Shown one piece after another: positions 10,385 through 22,149 of a DNA stretch of 43,566 nt. The notes under the pieces are model-generated. The model searched no databases, was not told where the DNA came from, and worked only from the letters and a program-made list of their open reading frames with translations. The stretch covers positions 620,001 to 663,566 of the forward strand of contig CAUYUJ010000237.1 in NCBI GenBank assembly GCA_963575745.1. Direction: 5' to 3'. This stretch comes from Prorocentrum cordatum. Taxonomy: Eukaryota. How positions within the stretch are numbered: position 1 is the stretch's first letter; each line of letters begins with the position of its first letter. The position numbers and the translations under genes were made by a program.

Positions 10385-10749
10385 GCGGAGGGCGGCGAGG
10401 CGGACCGGCCACGAGGGGGGAGAGCCGTGGTCCTGATCTCAAACGACGCGAAGATCGGGACAACATCAGATCGGGATAACTCGAAATCTCTGAGAATCGG
10501 CGGGTTCGGAGGATGTATGGGGCGCCGCGGCCGCTCCAGAGCGTTCCGGAACGTTCTGAGAGCGCTCCGGAACGCTCTGGAGCGATTTATCCCGATCCTA
10601 GCCCTGTTTTATTATCCCCCCCAGGAGGAACCCATCGAATTGACGATCTCCTTTCGGGGCAGCGTCAGGGGGGGGGGACAGGCTCACGGGAGGACGGCGG
10701 AGGGCGGCGGGGCGGACTGGCCACAATTGGGGAGCCGTGGTCCTTAAAC
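10385..10749. repeat. ~50-bp direct repeats enclosing nested inverted repeats
   Basis: CGGAGGGCGGCG.GGCGGAC.GGCCAC...GAGCCGTGGTCCT twice. Inside: GATCGGGATAA / TTATCCCGATC and a perfect 19-bp IR at 10532-10550 / 10566-10584. Confidence 0.8.
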
Positions 10750-11134
10750 GGTCGGGAACTGTTGGTCAGCGTGTTCGTCCACCGGTTCCTGCCCACCACT
10801 CTTCGGCGCGACACGCTATCCACGTCCCGATCCCCAAGCGTCAACGTGCCGCGCCTTCCTTGGCCTCCCCCCCCGCGGAGCGGATTGACACGCTGTCCGC
10901 TCGCACGCCGCAGCGTGTCGTCGGGGCCCGCCGCCGCGACGTGCTGAGCAAAAGCTCCTGAGCGTGTGTCGTTCGCTCTTCCTCTAGACAGCTCGTCCAG
11001 CAGCACAGCCAGTGGCCAGGCACCGCTCGCGTCAGACCATTCTGCTGCGTGGCCGCTCTGCTCTGCCGGGCCACCGTGCCCTCCGGGGTGGTGACACCAG
11101 GAATCTGAGCCCACTGACGGAGTTCGGGCGCCCC

Positions 11135-11313
11135 AAGCCCAGACCCCCGACGTCATGATTTTTTCACGACGTCGACCCCCAGAGGTCTCCACCCATTCTC
11201 CAGGACCAGCTTTCCATCCCGAGTCGTTTTTGGACGGCCCCGAGGCCCAGCGAAGGCCCCAGAGGCCCAAACCGGCGACAAACCTCCCGCCGCACTTTTC
11301 TCACAGCCGCGAG
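11135..11313 (+). repeat. Family C copy
   Basis: Hairpin CGACGTCATGA-TTTTT-TCACGACGTCG at 11148-11174. Homologous to 5165-5350. Confidence 0.7.
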
Positions 11314-11399
11314 GAGATCTGGGAAGCTATGCTAATTCGAGCCCTCTGGATACAGGCCTCCTAGCTGGGGTCGGAGTAGATTGAGTCGGAGGATCGCGC

Positions 11400-11535
11400 T
11401 GCATCGCCGATGTATCGGTGATGCGGCTCGCTGCGGAGCCCGAGTTTCTCCACTCCGGCGTCGCCAATGCGTCGCCGACGTCGGCGATGCATCGCCGATG
11501 CATCGCCGATACCTCGGCGATGCATTGGCGATGCG
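11400..11535. repeat. Quasi-palindromic 11-bp (GCATCGCCGAT) minisatellite
   Basis: Units in both orientations; 18-bp IR TCGCCAATGCGTCGCCGA / TCGGCGATGCATTGGCGA with one mismatch. Confidence 0.8.
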
Positions 11536-11785
11536 GCGCGACCCTTCGACCCCAGTCTTGTCGGACCCCATCTGGGAGGCCTCTGCTGGACATCTCGTGG
11601 TGCATCACAGGGGGCACGGCTCGGCCAGCCGTGGCTGGTCCGCGAGGGGCCCCGGGAGGCCCTGCTGGCCGCCGGCGCCGCAGAGCGCCTGGCGGCGCTG
11701 GCGGCGGCGGGCGCGCCCCGCGGCGCCGCGGCCGCGGCGGCCGCGGCGCTGCAGGCCCTGGCGGCGGGCTAGCGGCCCGCTCGGG

Positions 11786-11978
11786 TGATGGGCCTGTTTT
11801 TCCACCACCACACCACCACAAGTTGGAGGGGGGAGGGAGGAGGAGGGGAGGAGGGAGGAGGAGGAGGAGGATGAGGGTCGAGGGAGGAGGAAGAGCGAGG
11901 AGGAGGAGGAGGAGGAGGAGGAGGACCCCCTCCCCCTCCAACTTCTGATGGTGGTGGTGGCGGAACACAGGCCCATCA
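11786..11978. mobile_element. Inverted-repeat element (~50-bp arms) whose interior is a (GAG)n tract
   Basis: TGATGGGCCTGT.TTCC.CCACCAC...AAGTTGGAGGGGG versus CCCCCTCCAACTT...GTGGTGG.GGAA.ACAGGCCCATCA. Confidence 0.7.
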
Positions 11979-12756
11979 TCGGGGGCCCCCCGACGGTGTG
12001 GTAACCGCACCGCGTGGTTTTGTCCATGGGGAGTCCTGCAGCGCGTTGGTCTACGCGGTCGCGCTGGAGGCTTCGGGCTTCGAGGTCTTCGGGACGTCTC
12101 CGTTGGTTCCCGAAGGTGTTTTTCCAGCCTCGGGGATGCTTTCCAGCAGCTGCGCCTCGTGGAGGGCGTTCCAGGGGTGCTCAGAACGACCCGATCCCAG
12201 AGAACCGAGTTGTGACGGGGCCACCGCAAGGTCTCGGGACTGGGCTCGTTCTCCGAGGACGTCTCGGGCGGCTGGGGCCGCCGAGGTCCCGAAGCCGTGC
12301 GGTGGCGGACCGCGCGGGGAGGTCTCTTGGCATGTCGAGGCCACCGCGCGGTCTGTCACCGTGCGGTTTTGGGACCCGTGGGCCGTGCACGGACCGGGCA
12401 CGGGCAGGGCTCGGCCTGCTGGCGTGGCGCGCCCGCGCGCCCGCGGGAGCTGGAGCTCTGCGGAGGAACGGGTGCCGGTGCGGCTTCGTTTCCCTCGTGT
12501 GGGCTCTCTGGGGCCTCCTGAGGAGGCCCTCGTCGCTGCTACTGCAGTCGCCTCGACATCCTGGTGAGAAGGCACCCTCTCGGAGAGGTCCGGGGAGTAG
12601 CGGTATCGGTAACTTGGTGGTTTCCCCATGATCATCCTGGAGCTCAGGAGCTGCCCCACGCCGTTACCGGAAACATTTTTTCACCCAATGGCGAGAACGG
12701 TCGTGACCAGGCGGGGGGGAGGGGGGGAGAGGGGGAGGGGGCCGGGATTTTCACTA

Positions 12757-12929
12757 CAGTCAACCCGCATGGTAAGGAAGGGCAACCTTCCCAAGGGTAC
12801 CCTTGCATCCTCGCCTACTCGGTCCATCCTTGACCACTTTCGTTGGCTGCGCCCCGCTCGAGAAGCTTCAAAATGAGCGTCCAATGCCCTCGCATCCTCA
12901 TCGCGCATCCCTCTGATACGGGCCGACGG
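12757..12929. mobile_element. TA-TSD MITE family A copy 2
   Basis: TA|CAGTCAACCCGCATGGTAAGGA...AAGGGTACCCTT...GGCCGACGG|TA. Confidence 0.7.
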
Positions 12930-12949
12930 TAGTTCCCGGGAGCGATTTA

Positions 12950-13113
12950 TGGTGGTGACGATGACGACGATCGGGACGGTGAGGATGATGCTGACGACGA
13001 CGACGATGAGGATGGTGGTGGCGATGACGACGATCGGGACGGTGAGGATGGTGCTGACGACGACGATGATGGTGGTGGTGGCGATGACGACGATCGGGAC
13101 GGTGAGGATGGTG

Positions 13114-13144
<31 letters not shown>

Positions 13145-13165
13145 TGATGGTGGTGGTGATGACGA
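12950..13165. repeat. GAT/GAC/GGT compound microsatellite with 60-bp higher-order period
   Basis: GATGACGACGATCGGGACGGTGAGGATG occurs three times, about 60 bp apart. Confidence 0.9.
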
Positions 13166-13434
13166 GGAGGGTGGTTCCCGTTCCGGTGCCGTGCGCCTGG
13201 GCAGGTCCGCCCTGGGCAGCGGTGGCGGCGTTCGAGGAGAGGCGTGTTTCCGCGGCGTGCGCCTGCCACGCGCCGGGGGCGCTGGCGGCGGGGCGGGGTG
13301 CCTCGGGGCCGTGCCCTTTGGTGCTGCCACGGGGCCGAGGCGGTGGGTGCCCCGTGCCCGAGCGCCGGCAAGCGGGGCGAAAGCAAACGGGGCGAAAGCA
13401 AACGGGGCGAAAGCAAGCGGGGCGAAAGCAAACG

Positions 13435-13603
13435 TTGGGCGCCGCTGGGGAGGTCATAAATGGGGGGGTGGCGAGCGTGGTCCGAAAGGTACCCAAACGG
13501 TACCTAAACGAGCCCCCTGGGGCTCTGGAGGGGCCCGAAAGGGGCACGAAAAGGGACCTTTTCTGACCCCCCCATTTGTGACCCCCCATTACGCCACGCC
13601 CAA
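13435..13603. mobile_element. 169-bp MITE with ~40-bp TIRs and 5-bp TSD AAACG, inside a 15-bp tandem repeat
   Basis: AAACG|TTGGGCG...GGTCATAAATGGGGGGGT ... ACCCCCCCATTTGTGACC...CGCCCAA|AAACG. Host array (AAGCAA.CGGGGCGA)n lies within the duplicated block 13298-13395 / 13636-13739. Confidence 0.8.
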
Positions 13604-14812
13604 AAACGGGGCGGAAGCAAACGGGGCGGAGCGAGGTGCCTCCCCAGGCAGTGCCCTGTGGTGCTGCCCCGGGGCCGAGGCGGTGGGCGCCCCGTGCCCG
13701 AGCGCCGGCAAGCGGGGCGAAAGCAAGCGGGGCGGAAGCTTCGGGGCCTCTTCGAGCGAGCACGGGGCGACAGGGCATCCACCTCGCACCAGTGCGCGAT
13801 ACATCGGGACGGCCAGAACGTCGACACATCATCATAACTCTGAGCGGGGCGGCTTACCTCGCACTCACGCGCGGCAAAGCAATGTTTGAAAGTACCATTG
13901 AAAACGTACCCTCGGTTACCGGCCCGTTTACTAACGCCCCGTTTGCAGGAGGTTGGTGTCCTCTCCTCGCATTCTCTTGTTCCTCGCCACCACCATCGTC
14001 TACAACGCGCTGGTCGCGGTTGGGACGGGGCACGCCTGTGCCATAGCTTGACGGCTTGGTCGCGGCGGGAAAGCAATCATCATTGCTCTCATTCATGTTG
14101 TCATTATTGCTACCATGCGGGGATACACGCACACACAACGCCGGCGTCCGTCCTGTGCGGCCTCGCTTCTTCCCCATCTTTCTCTCCTCTTTCATTCCCT
14201 TTTCTTCTTCTCCCACACATGTGCGCTGGCAAAACTGGTCAGTGCTACTTGCCTGGTACTGCAGTTTCTCACCGCGCTGCCCCAGGAAGATTGCGCAGTT
14301 CGGGAGGTGGTCGAAATGGAACGCAGCGACGCGCCCATGCGGCGGTAGCCGAATCTGACGCCGCGCCAGGACGAGCGCGCGGCCCGCGCCACCCCCTTTC
14401 CCCAGCGATGCAAATCTGAGCAACGAAGCGACGCGACAATGTAACCGATGAGGTCCATTGCCGTCGTCTCCCGTCGGTCTCGTCAGCTTTGCATCAGGGG
14501 GGGGCGCCAGCGCTGCGCTCGTCCTTGCGGCCCCCAAGATTCGGTCTAAACTATAGCACCGCCCGTGTATCATCATCGTTGCTATCTTTCGCATCCTTGC
14601 CGGCATCGTCAACGGATGACCGGCAGGACGACGGCGACCAACGCTTGCGAGGTGCAATGCAAGTGTGCAGCTGCATTGCGCACTTCCCAGTGCGGGCGAA
14701 TCCAGGCTGGGAGAGGGGGGAGAGGGGGCGGGGAGGTGGCGGGCAGAGGGAGCGGGAGCGGGGAGGGGATGGCAAGAAGAGGAGCTTGGATAGATGAGGG
14801 CATGTTACGTTA

Positions 14813-15018
14813 TCCTCCTCCTCGTCTCCTCCTCCTCCTCCTCCTCCTCCTCCTCCTCCTCCTCCTCCTCTTCCTCATAGGTTGCCGTCGCCGCCGCCGC
14901 TGCAGCCGCCTGGGCTGTCGCTGGGACTGTCTCCATTTCCGCATTCGCCATCCCTCCTCCTCTTCCTCAGCCTTCTCGCCATCATCACCATCATCATCAT
15001 CAGCATCATCATCTTCAC

Positions 15019-15058
<40 letters not shown>

Positions 15059-15071
15059 GTCGTCGTCGTCG

Positions 15072-15109
<38 letters not shown>

Positions 15110-16274
15110 GTCATCAGCATCATCATCATCTTCGTCTTTTTTCCTTTTCTTATCATTATTATTCATCTTCTTCTTCATTGTGCCACTCCTCGTGCTCCAC
15201 ACGCCCTGACGGTCCACATATCGACTCCTCACCCTCCTCCTGCTCCTCTCCTCCAGCCTCTTCCTCCCCACGTGACCATTCGTCCCCGTTCAACCTCCCC
15301 TCTTGGTGTTTTTTGGGGGACGTTGTGCGGCCATGAGTCGGAGATCGTTGCGTTCTCCTGGTCCTCCTCCTCCTCCTTTTTCTCATCGTCGTCCTCTTCC
15401 TCCTCCTCATCCTCCTCCTCTTCCTCCGCTTCTCCTCATCGACATTTCCCCCTAGATGCATGTCACTCCCCCCCCTCTACCTTCTGGACCTCCTCGTCCC
15501 CTTGCTTCTGCACCTGTTCCCCCCTGGCGTAAGCACTCCTCACCCTCCTTACCCTCCTTCAAACTTCCTCTTCCGCAGGAGTAGCTACTACTGATCGAAC
15601 GAGAAGAAGGGGGAAGGGGGAATGGGTGCGAGGGGGACGCAGGAGGAGAAGGAGGAAAACAAAAAGGGACAGGCGGAGGATGAGGAGAAGGAGGAGGAGG
15701 AGGAGGAGGAGGAGGAGGAGGAGGAGGAGGAGGAGGAGGGGAAGGGGGAGGAGGAGGAGGAGAGGGAGGAGGAGGGAGGGGGAGGGGAGGAGGGAGGAAG
15801 GAGGGAGGGAGGAAGGGAGGAGGGAGGAGGGAGGAGGGAGGGGGTGGATGAGGAGGAGGAGGAGGAGGAGGAGGAGGAGGAGGAGGGGAGGAGGAGGAGG
15901 AGGAGGATCCATGCCGCGGTGGGCGCGGCCGCGGCCGCGGCGTCCGCGGGCGAGCTTGGTAGAGGGCTGTTACCCGACGCGCGTGGCGCAGTGGTTGCCA
16001 GCGGCAGCAGGAGGAGGATGAAACAGGCAGCGTCGAGGATTCGACCCCATTGCCTACAGCCTGAGGCCGAGGAGGAGGAGGAGGCTGAGAACAGTAAGGA
16101 GGAGAAGGAGGAGGAGGAGGAGGAGGAGGAGGAGGAGGAGGAGGAAAAGGAGGAGGAGGAGGAGGAAGAGGTGGCGGAGGAGGAGGAGGAGGAGGAAGAG
16201 GTGGAGGAGGAGGAGGAGGAGGTGGAGAAGGAGGGGGAAGAGGAGAAGGAGCAGGATGATGATGATGATGATGC

Positions 16275-16312
<38 letters not shown>

Positions 16313-16457
16313 CTGATGATGATGATGATGATGATGGTGATGATGCTGATGATGATGATGATGATGATGATGATGCTGGTGATGCTGGTGATGCTGGTGA
16401 TGCTGATGATGATGATGATGAGGAGGAGGAGGAGGAGGAGGAGGAGAAGGTGGAGGA
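14813..16457. repeat. Cluster of (CCT)n, (CAT)n, (GAG)n and (GAT)n microsatellites
   Basis: Direct reading; polarity switches from pyrimidine-rich to purine-rich near 15600. Confidence 0.95.
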
Positions 16458-16708
16458 GAACCATATTGAACCCAAGATGCACCAACCGATGCTGAAATAC
16501 ACCCTCCCGTCCCAAATCCCCTCCTCATAACTCCACACAACTATGTATTCCTTTACACTGCAGGCGCCACCCCCCTTGAATGACGATCGGCGTGTCGGGC
16601 CGCCAGTCAGACGAGAGGGCCTGTTGTAAAGGATCCTCCCTCCACTCAAGACATAGTGGACGCCCAGGATAGCCCCATTTTGAGAAGCGCATGCCCTCTC
16701 TCCCTCTG

Positions 16709-16794
16709 AGCGTTGCAGAATGTCAAAGTCGTGGGCGTCTGCTCCGCGGAAATCCCACGCGAGACCCCTTCAAGGAGGCTCAGGGATGTATATA

Positions 16795-16832
<38 letters not shown>

Positions 16833-16978
16833 TGTACACTAATATATGTATATATACACACTAATTCATATAAAAGCGTATATATATGTATGTATTGAAA
16901 CATGCCTTCGATGCGAGTAAGCGTTGCAGGATGTCAACTTCGTGATTGTAGGCCTCGCGGTGTCGCACGCGAGAGCCC
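16709..16978. repeat. Diverged ~60-bp direct repeats flanking a (TA)n-rich tract
   Basis: AGCGTTGCAG.ATGTCAA..TCGTG...CACGCGAGA at about 16710 and 16920; (TA)n-rich 16788-16895. Confidence 0.8.
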
Positions 16979-17969
16979 TGTTTCGAAAGAGGAACCGCCC
17001 TCCTTCCGTGTTAGTTTCGCACGATATGGGACGCCTGGTCGTAGAGGTCGAGGGAAGGTCAGGTGAGTGTAGATGGTGGACTTGTATTCGGATGTGCGCG
17101 AGGCCAAGAGAAGACCCTACTACGGCGGGGGGCCGCAGACCATGGATGATTGTTCATCTGATGGGGGCGGCGGATATATCCGTGGCCGATCGTCGATTGG
17201 AGTTCCACTGGCTTCCAGACCCTGGATGCCTTATCTAGGGGTTCCTTGTCCACTGCCCCCACCGTGTTGGGAATGACTCGCCGTCCACTCGCGCAGCTAA
17301 CAAACATTTGGATGCCGAGTATGCTCGGCGCTATGGCGAGAGCATTTTTGAAAACGGTCAGACCCGATCTTTGGTTGTATGAAACGTTGGTGTGCGGCGC
17401 CAGCAAGGCGAGAACCCTATAGTGAACACCTTTTGTGGTCCAGGATCCATCGGTTCCTCGAGGCCTCCTGCGGCGACGAGGACGATGAAGATGATGATTC
17501 GGATGGTGTTGCTGCTGGTGGCATCTGGTGGCGACGGCGAGCCTGGAAACGATTTGGGAGGGATTGGGAGAGTCTGGGAGAGACTGGGACAGTCTAGGGA
17601 GCGCTTGGTCGAGGGGCGCCCGAAATGTATCGACTTCTTGGGTATCTGTTATCGACTCATTGTTCCTTGCCTTTTGTGCCCAGGGGCTCTTCGAGACTAG
17701 GGGGTGGGCCGACGTTGAAGATCATCATGTGCGCCTCGAATGCATTCTTGGCGTAGAAGGGCAAGGGCTGGGTCCCATAGGTGTGCGCCGAATAGTCAGA
17801 GTTAGGGGGCCGAGCGGTCATTCATCTCCTTGGGCGGGTGGCTCAAGTGAGGTTCCGCCGTGCGAGAAAGCGCGTTCTGTGGGCGCTGGGGGGGAGGTCC
17901 GGAACCGGCACCCCCTTTTCCCGGGCCTGCGCCGGCGCTGGCGTGGGCCTGGGATCCCACGCCCACTCG

Positions 17970-19095
17970 AGTGGGCGTGGGCTTGGGCCTGGGCGAGGCG
18001 CGGGAGTGGGCGTGGGCGTGGGCTTGGGCGTGGGCGTGGGCGCGGGAGTCGGCGTGGGCGTGGGCGCGGGTGTGGGTGTGAGCGTGGGTGTGGGCGTGGG
18101 TGTGGGCGCGAGTGTGACTGTAGGCGTGGGCGTGGGCGTAGGCGTGGGCGTGGGCGCGGGCGTGGGTGTGGGCGTGGGCGCGGGTGTGGGTGTGGGCGTG
18201 CCTGTGAGCGTGGGCGTGGGCGTGGGCGCGGGCGTTTGCGTGGGCGTGGGCGTGGGCGTGGGCGCGGGTGTGGGCGTGGGCGTGGGCGTGGGTGTGGGCG
18301 CGAGTGTGACTGTAGGCGTGGGCGTGGGCGTAGGCGTGGGCGTGGGCGCGGGCGTTGGCGTGGGCGTGGGCGCGGGTGTGGGTGTGGGCGTGCGGCGTTG
18401 TGAGCGTGGGCGTGGGCGTGGGCGCGGGGCCTTGCTGTGGGCGTGGGGGTGTGGCGTGGGGTCGTGGCGCGTGGGCGTGGGCGTGGGCGCGGGTGTGGGC
18501 GTGGGCGTGCGTGTGAGCGTTGGCGTGGGTGTGGGCGTGGGCGCAGGCGTGGGCGTGGGCCTGGGCGTGGGCGCGGGCGTTGGCGTAGACGTGAGCGTGA
18601 GCGTGTGAGCGTTGGCGTGGGCGTGGGCGCGGGTGTGGGCGTGGGCATGGGCGTGGGCCTGGCCGTGTGCGTGGGTGCGAGCGTGGGCGTGGGCGTGGGC
18701 GTGGGCGTGTGCGTGGGTGTGGGCGTGGGTGTGGGCGTGGGCGGGGCGCGTACAAGCCGTGGGCGTTTTTGGGCGTGGCGTGGGCGTGGGCGGGTGGGGC
18801 GTGGGCGTGCGCGTGAGCGTTGGCGCGGGCGTGGCATGGGGCCGCGTGGGTGTGGGCGCGGGTGGGGTGTGGGCGTGGGGTGGGCGTGGGATGGGCGAGG
18901 GTGTGGGCGTGGGCGTGCGCGAAAGCGTGGGTTGATGTGGGCGTGGGCATGGGCGTGGGCCTGGGCGTGTGCGTGCGAGCGTGGGCGTGGGCGTGGGCGT
19001 GTGCGTGGGTGTGGGCGTGGGTGTGGGCGTGGGCGTGGACGCGGGTGTTGGCGTGGGCGTGCGTGTGAGCGTGGACGTGGGCGTGGGCGTGGGCG
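17970..19095. repeat. (GGGCGT)n hexamer minisatellite, about 1.1 kb
   Basis: GGGCGT/GGGTGT/GGGCGC units. Source of the PT, HA, RP, GV and WA repeat ORFs. Confidence 0.97.
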
Positions 19096-19740
19096 CCGAG
19101 CTCACCGAGCTAACCAAATCTTGAAGGCCTGGGGCTTCCGCTCGATCCGATCGCTCAAGCAAGGCATAGACCCGTCGCCCAGGAGCCTGATCGGACGCGG
19201 GTGGAGGGGCTCTTCGAGGTGGCGGCGGAGACTCGCGATCCTGCCGCTTGCTGGGGCCTGGAGGAATAAGGCTCCCCAGGTCCCCCTCCAGTGCAGTTTA
19301 GGGGGCTTGCTCGCCTCTCGCCCTCGTGTTTGGTGCATGGCGTCTGCCGCGTCGGGCCGCGAGAGGGGGGGGGCCTGCCCCCCAGCCTGGCGCAGTGTGT
19401 TCGCTGCATCGGGCCTGTAGGGGCGGGGCCGTGGCGACTCCCTGTGTGTGGCGTGCTGGTCCCCCCGCGTTGGCGGACATGCTATTCGCGCCACCCACGG
19501 TGGGACACGGCTGCCCCCCCCCAAGGTGGCGGAAACGGTAGCCGCGCCACCCTCGGGGTAGGGGCCTGTCGCCAGCACATGTGGCAGCTTCCTCATGGGA
19601 GCCGCTTCCATAGCAGTGGAAAGTAGAAGGAGAAGGAGGAGGAGGAGGAGGAAGAGGACAAGCATACTAATACATCATATTATCACGGCTTATAATAACA
19701 ATAATATTAATATTACATACGATTAACAGTAATTAAAAGA

Positions 19741-19866
19741 CGACTGCTAGTACTACTACTAGTACTACGGCTACTACTATTACTACTACTACGACTACTA
19801 CTACTACTACTATTACTACTACTACTACTACTACTACTACTACCACTACTACAACTACTACAACAA

Positions 19867-19898
<32 letters not shown>

Positions 19899-19956
19899 AC
19901 TACTACTACTACGACTACTGCTGCTACGACTACTACTGCTACTACTACTACTACTA

Positions 19957-19987
<31 letters not shown>

Positions 19988-20698
19988 GACTACTACTACT
20001 ACTACTACTATTACTACTACGACTACTACTACTACTACTACTACGACTACTACTACCACTACTACTAAACCTACTACTACTAACTACTAACTATAACTAC
20101 TAACTCTACTTCTATACTACTACTACTTCTACTACTACGACTGTCTAACAACAACAACAACAACTACTTTTATTGACTAATACTACTTCGACTACGGACT
20201 ACGACTTACGATACTACTACGACGACGAGACTACTATTATACTACTCTTATTACGACTATATAATTTCGAGTACTACTATCACTCGTACTATACTATATT
20301 ACTACGACTACTTCTACTACTACTACTACTACTACTACTACTTACTATTACGACTATACTATTAATACTTTTATACCTACTTTACCATTACTATTCTACA
20401 CCTTATTTAACTACTACTATTAAACTTCTACTTCTACTAGTACTAACTACCACTACTGCTACTACTATACTACGATAGCTATTACGAACTACTACGGACT
20501 ACTATCGCAGGCGTACTTACTGCCACTTCTACTACATCACTACTATACTACTACTACTACTACTACTTACGACGTACTTACTTACTTTCTACTACTTCGA
20601 CTATACTACTACGATTATACTACTACTCTACTCGACTCCTACTACTACTATCTGATACTCACTATACTACTACTATTACTTACTACTACTGCTATAGT

Positions 20699-20738
<40 letters not shown>

Positions 20739-20801
20739 GCTACTACTACTACTACTACTACTACTAGTACTACCACTACTGGTATCACTACTACTACTAC
20801 T

Positions 20802-20851
<50 letters not shown>

Positions 20852-20917
20852 GACTACTACTACTACTACCATTACTACTACTACTACTACTACTACTATT
20901 ACTAGTAGTAGTAGTAG

Positions 20918-20959
<42 letters not shown>

Positions 20960-21060
20960 AACTACTACTACTACTCCTACACCTACTACTGCTACTACGA
21001 CGACTTCTACTGTTTTCTACTATTACTACTACTACTCCTACTCCTACTCCTACTCCTACT
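19741..21060. repeat. (CTA)n microsatellite, about 1.3 kb, AT-rich
   Basis: Direct reading; degenerate centre at about 20080-20650, short inverted (TAG)n at about 20903-20918. Confidence 0.95.
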
Positions 21061-21249
21061 ATCAATAATACGAATAGTAATGTTACGAATGCTAGTACGA
21101 ATGAACATACTAGTAATAATAGTACTCATCACACTCGCACTACGACTTATACGAGTAAGGCTAAGACTAATCGTCATACTACGAATATTAGTCACCATAG
21201 TACGAGTAGGGCTAATAATAATATGGAGAACTAATACAAGAAGAGGATG

Positions 21250-21470
21250 CTGATGATGAGGAGGAGGAGTGGAGAAGGAGGAAGGGGAGGAGCAGGAGTT
21301 GGAGGAGGAGGAGGAGGAGGAGGAGGAGCAGGAGGAGGAGGAGCAGGAGGAGGAGGAGGAGGAGGAGGAGAAGGAGGGGGAGGAGGAGGAGGAGGAGGAG
21401 GAGGAGGAGGAGGAGCAGGAGGATGAGGCGGAGGACGAGGAGGAGGAGGAGGAGGAGGAGAAGGAAGATG
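21250..21470. repeat. (GAG)n tract
   Basis: Direct reading. Confidence 0.95.
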
Positions 21471-21853
21471 AGGGGAGTGGGGAGCGGGGGGCGGGGAGTG
21501 GAGTCGGGAGCGGGGACTGGGAACAAAGAGAAGGAGACAGGGGGGGGATCGAATGCGGAGAAAGGGACCTGGAGGGGAAGGCTCGGCGAAGTGGAGGGGG
21601 GGAGCCAGGGAGAGGAGAGGAGGGGGGAGGAGACTGGGAGGAGAAGGACGGCGAGGAGGGGAAACAAGCAAGAGGGGGAGGATGACGACGACGACGAGGA
21701 GGACAGCGAGACGAAGAGGAGGACCAGGACCCCCCCCCTTCCGCGCCGCCCCGGCCTCGAGGCAGAGCCCGGAGTCCGGGGCTGTCGATCGGCCTGGCGC
21801 GCCCGGGCGGGGGCCAAGAAGAGGGCACGGGGCGCGGTAGCGTGTATCGACTA

Positions 21854-22024
21854 GACGTAAGAGTGACCTTTCGCCGGAGTGACCTTTGGTGCGGGCACAG
21901 ATGGGCCCTCAGATGGCTGAAAACGAAGCGGTAGCAGCGGTTTGCGCGCCCAGGTTTGGTCTCCCCGCGGCCCCCCAAAAGCCGCGCACCAAAGGTCACT
22001 CTTACCCAGGGTCACTCTTGCGTG
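21854..22024. mobile_element. 171-bp MITE with ~44-bp TIRs and TA TSD
   Basis: cTA|GACGTAAGAGTGACC...GAGTGACCTTTGGTGCG versus CGCACCAAAGGTCACTC...GGTCACTCTTGCGTG|TAg. Each TIR carries two GAGTGACC boxes. Confidence 0.8.
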
Positions 22025-22149
22025 TAGCCGAGTGTAGGCAGAGCGCGAGACCTGAGCGCCCAGTTTCTCGAGGCCCTTTTCGACGTCGTTGTCGTCGCAG
22101 TGGTCGTCGACTCCGAGTTCGTGGGCGTCCACGTCGTCGCCCTTCTCTT

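Noticed and set aside
11998..12659. Overlapping ~200-aa ORFs on both strands
   Set aside because: No recognisable motif; expected by chance in very GC-rich DNA.
15622..16530. Acidic E/D-rich 302-aa ORF and similar poly-E/R/G/P/S ORFs
   Set aside because: Read-through of GAG/GAT microsatellites, open in several frames and on both strands.
17838..17847. TGGCTCAAG as a dinoflagellate spliced-leader relic
   Set aside because: Only 9 nt match; the upstream CCGTAGCCATTT is absent.
17802..19162. Pro-Thr or His-Ala repeat protein
   Set aside because: Translation of a stop-free hexamer minisatellite.
19480..19600. Minus-strand CHMC...W..QPC resembling a LINE C-terminal knuckle
   Set aside because: Isolated short motif with no adjoining RT or RNase H evidence.
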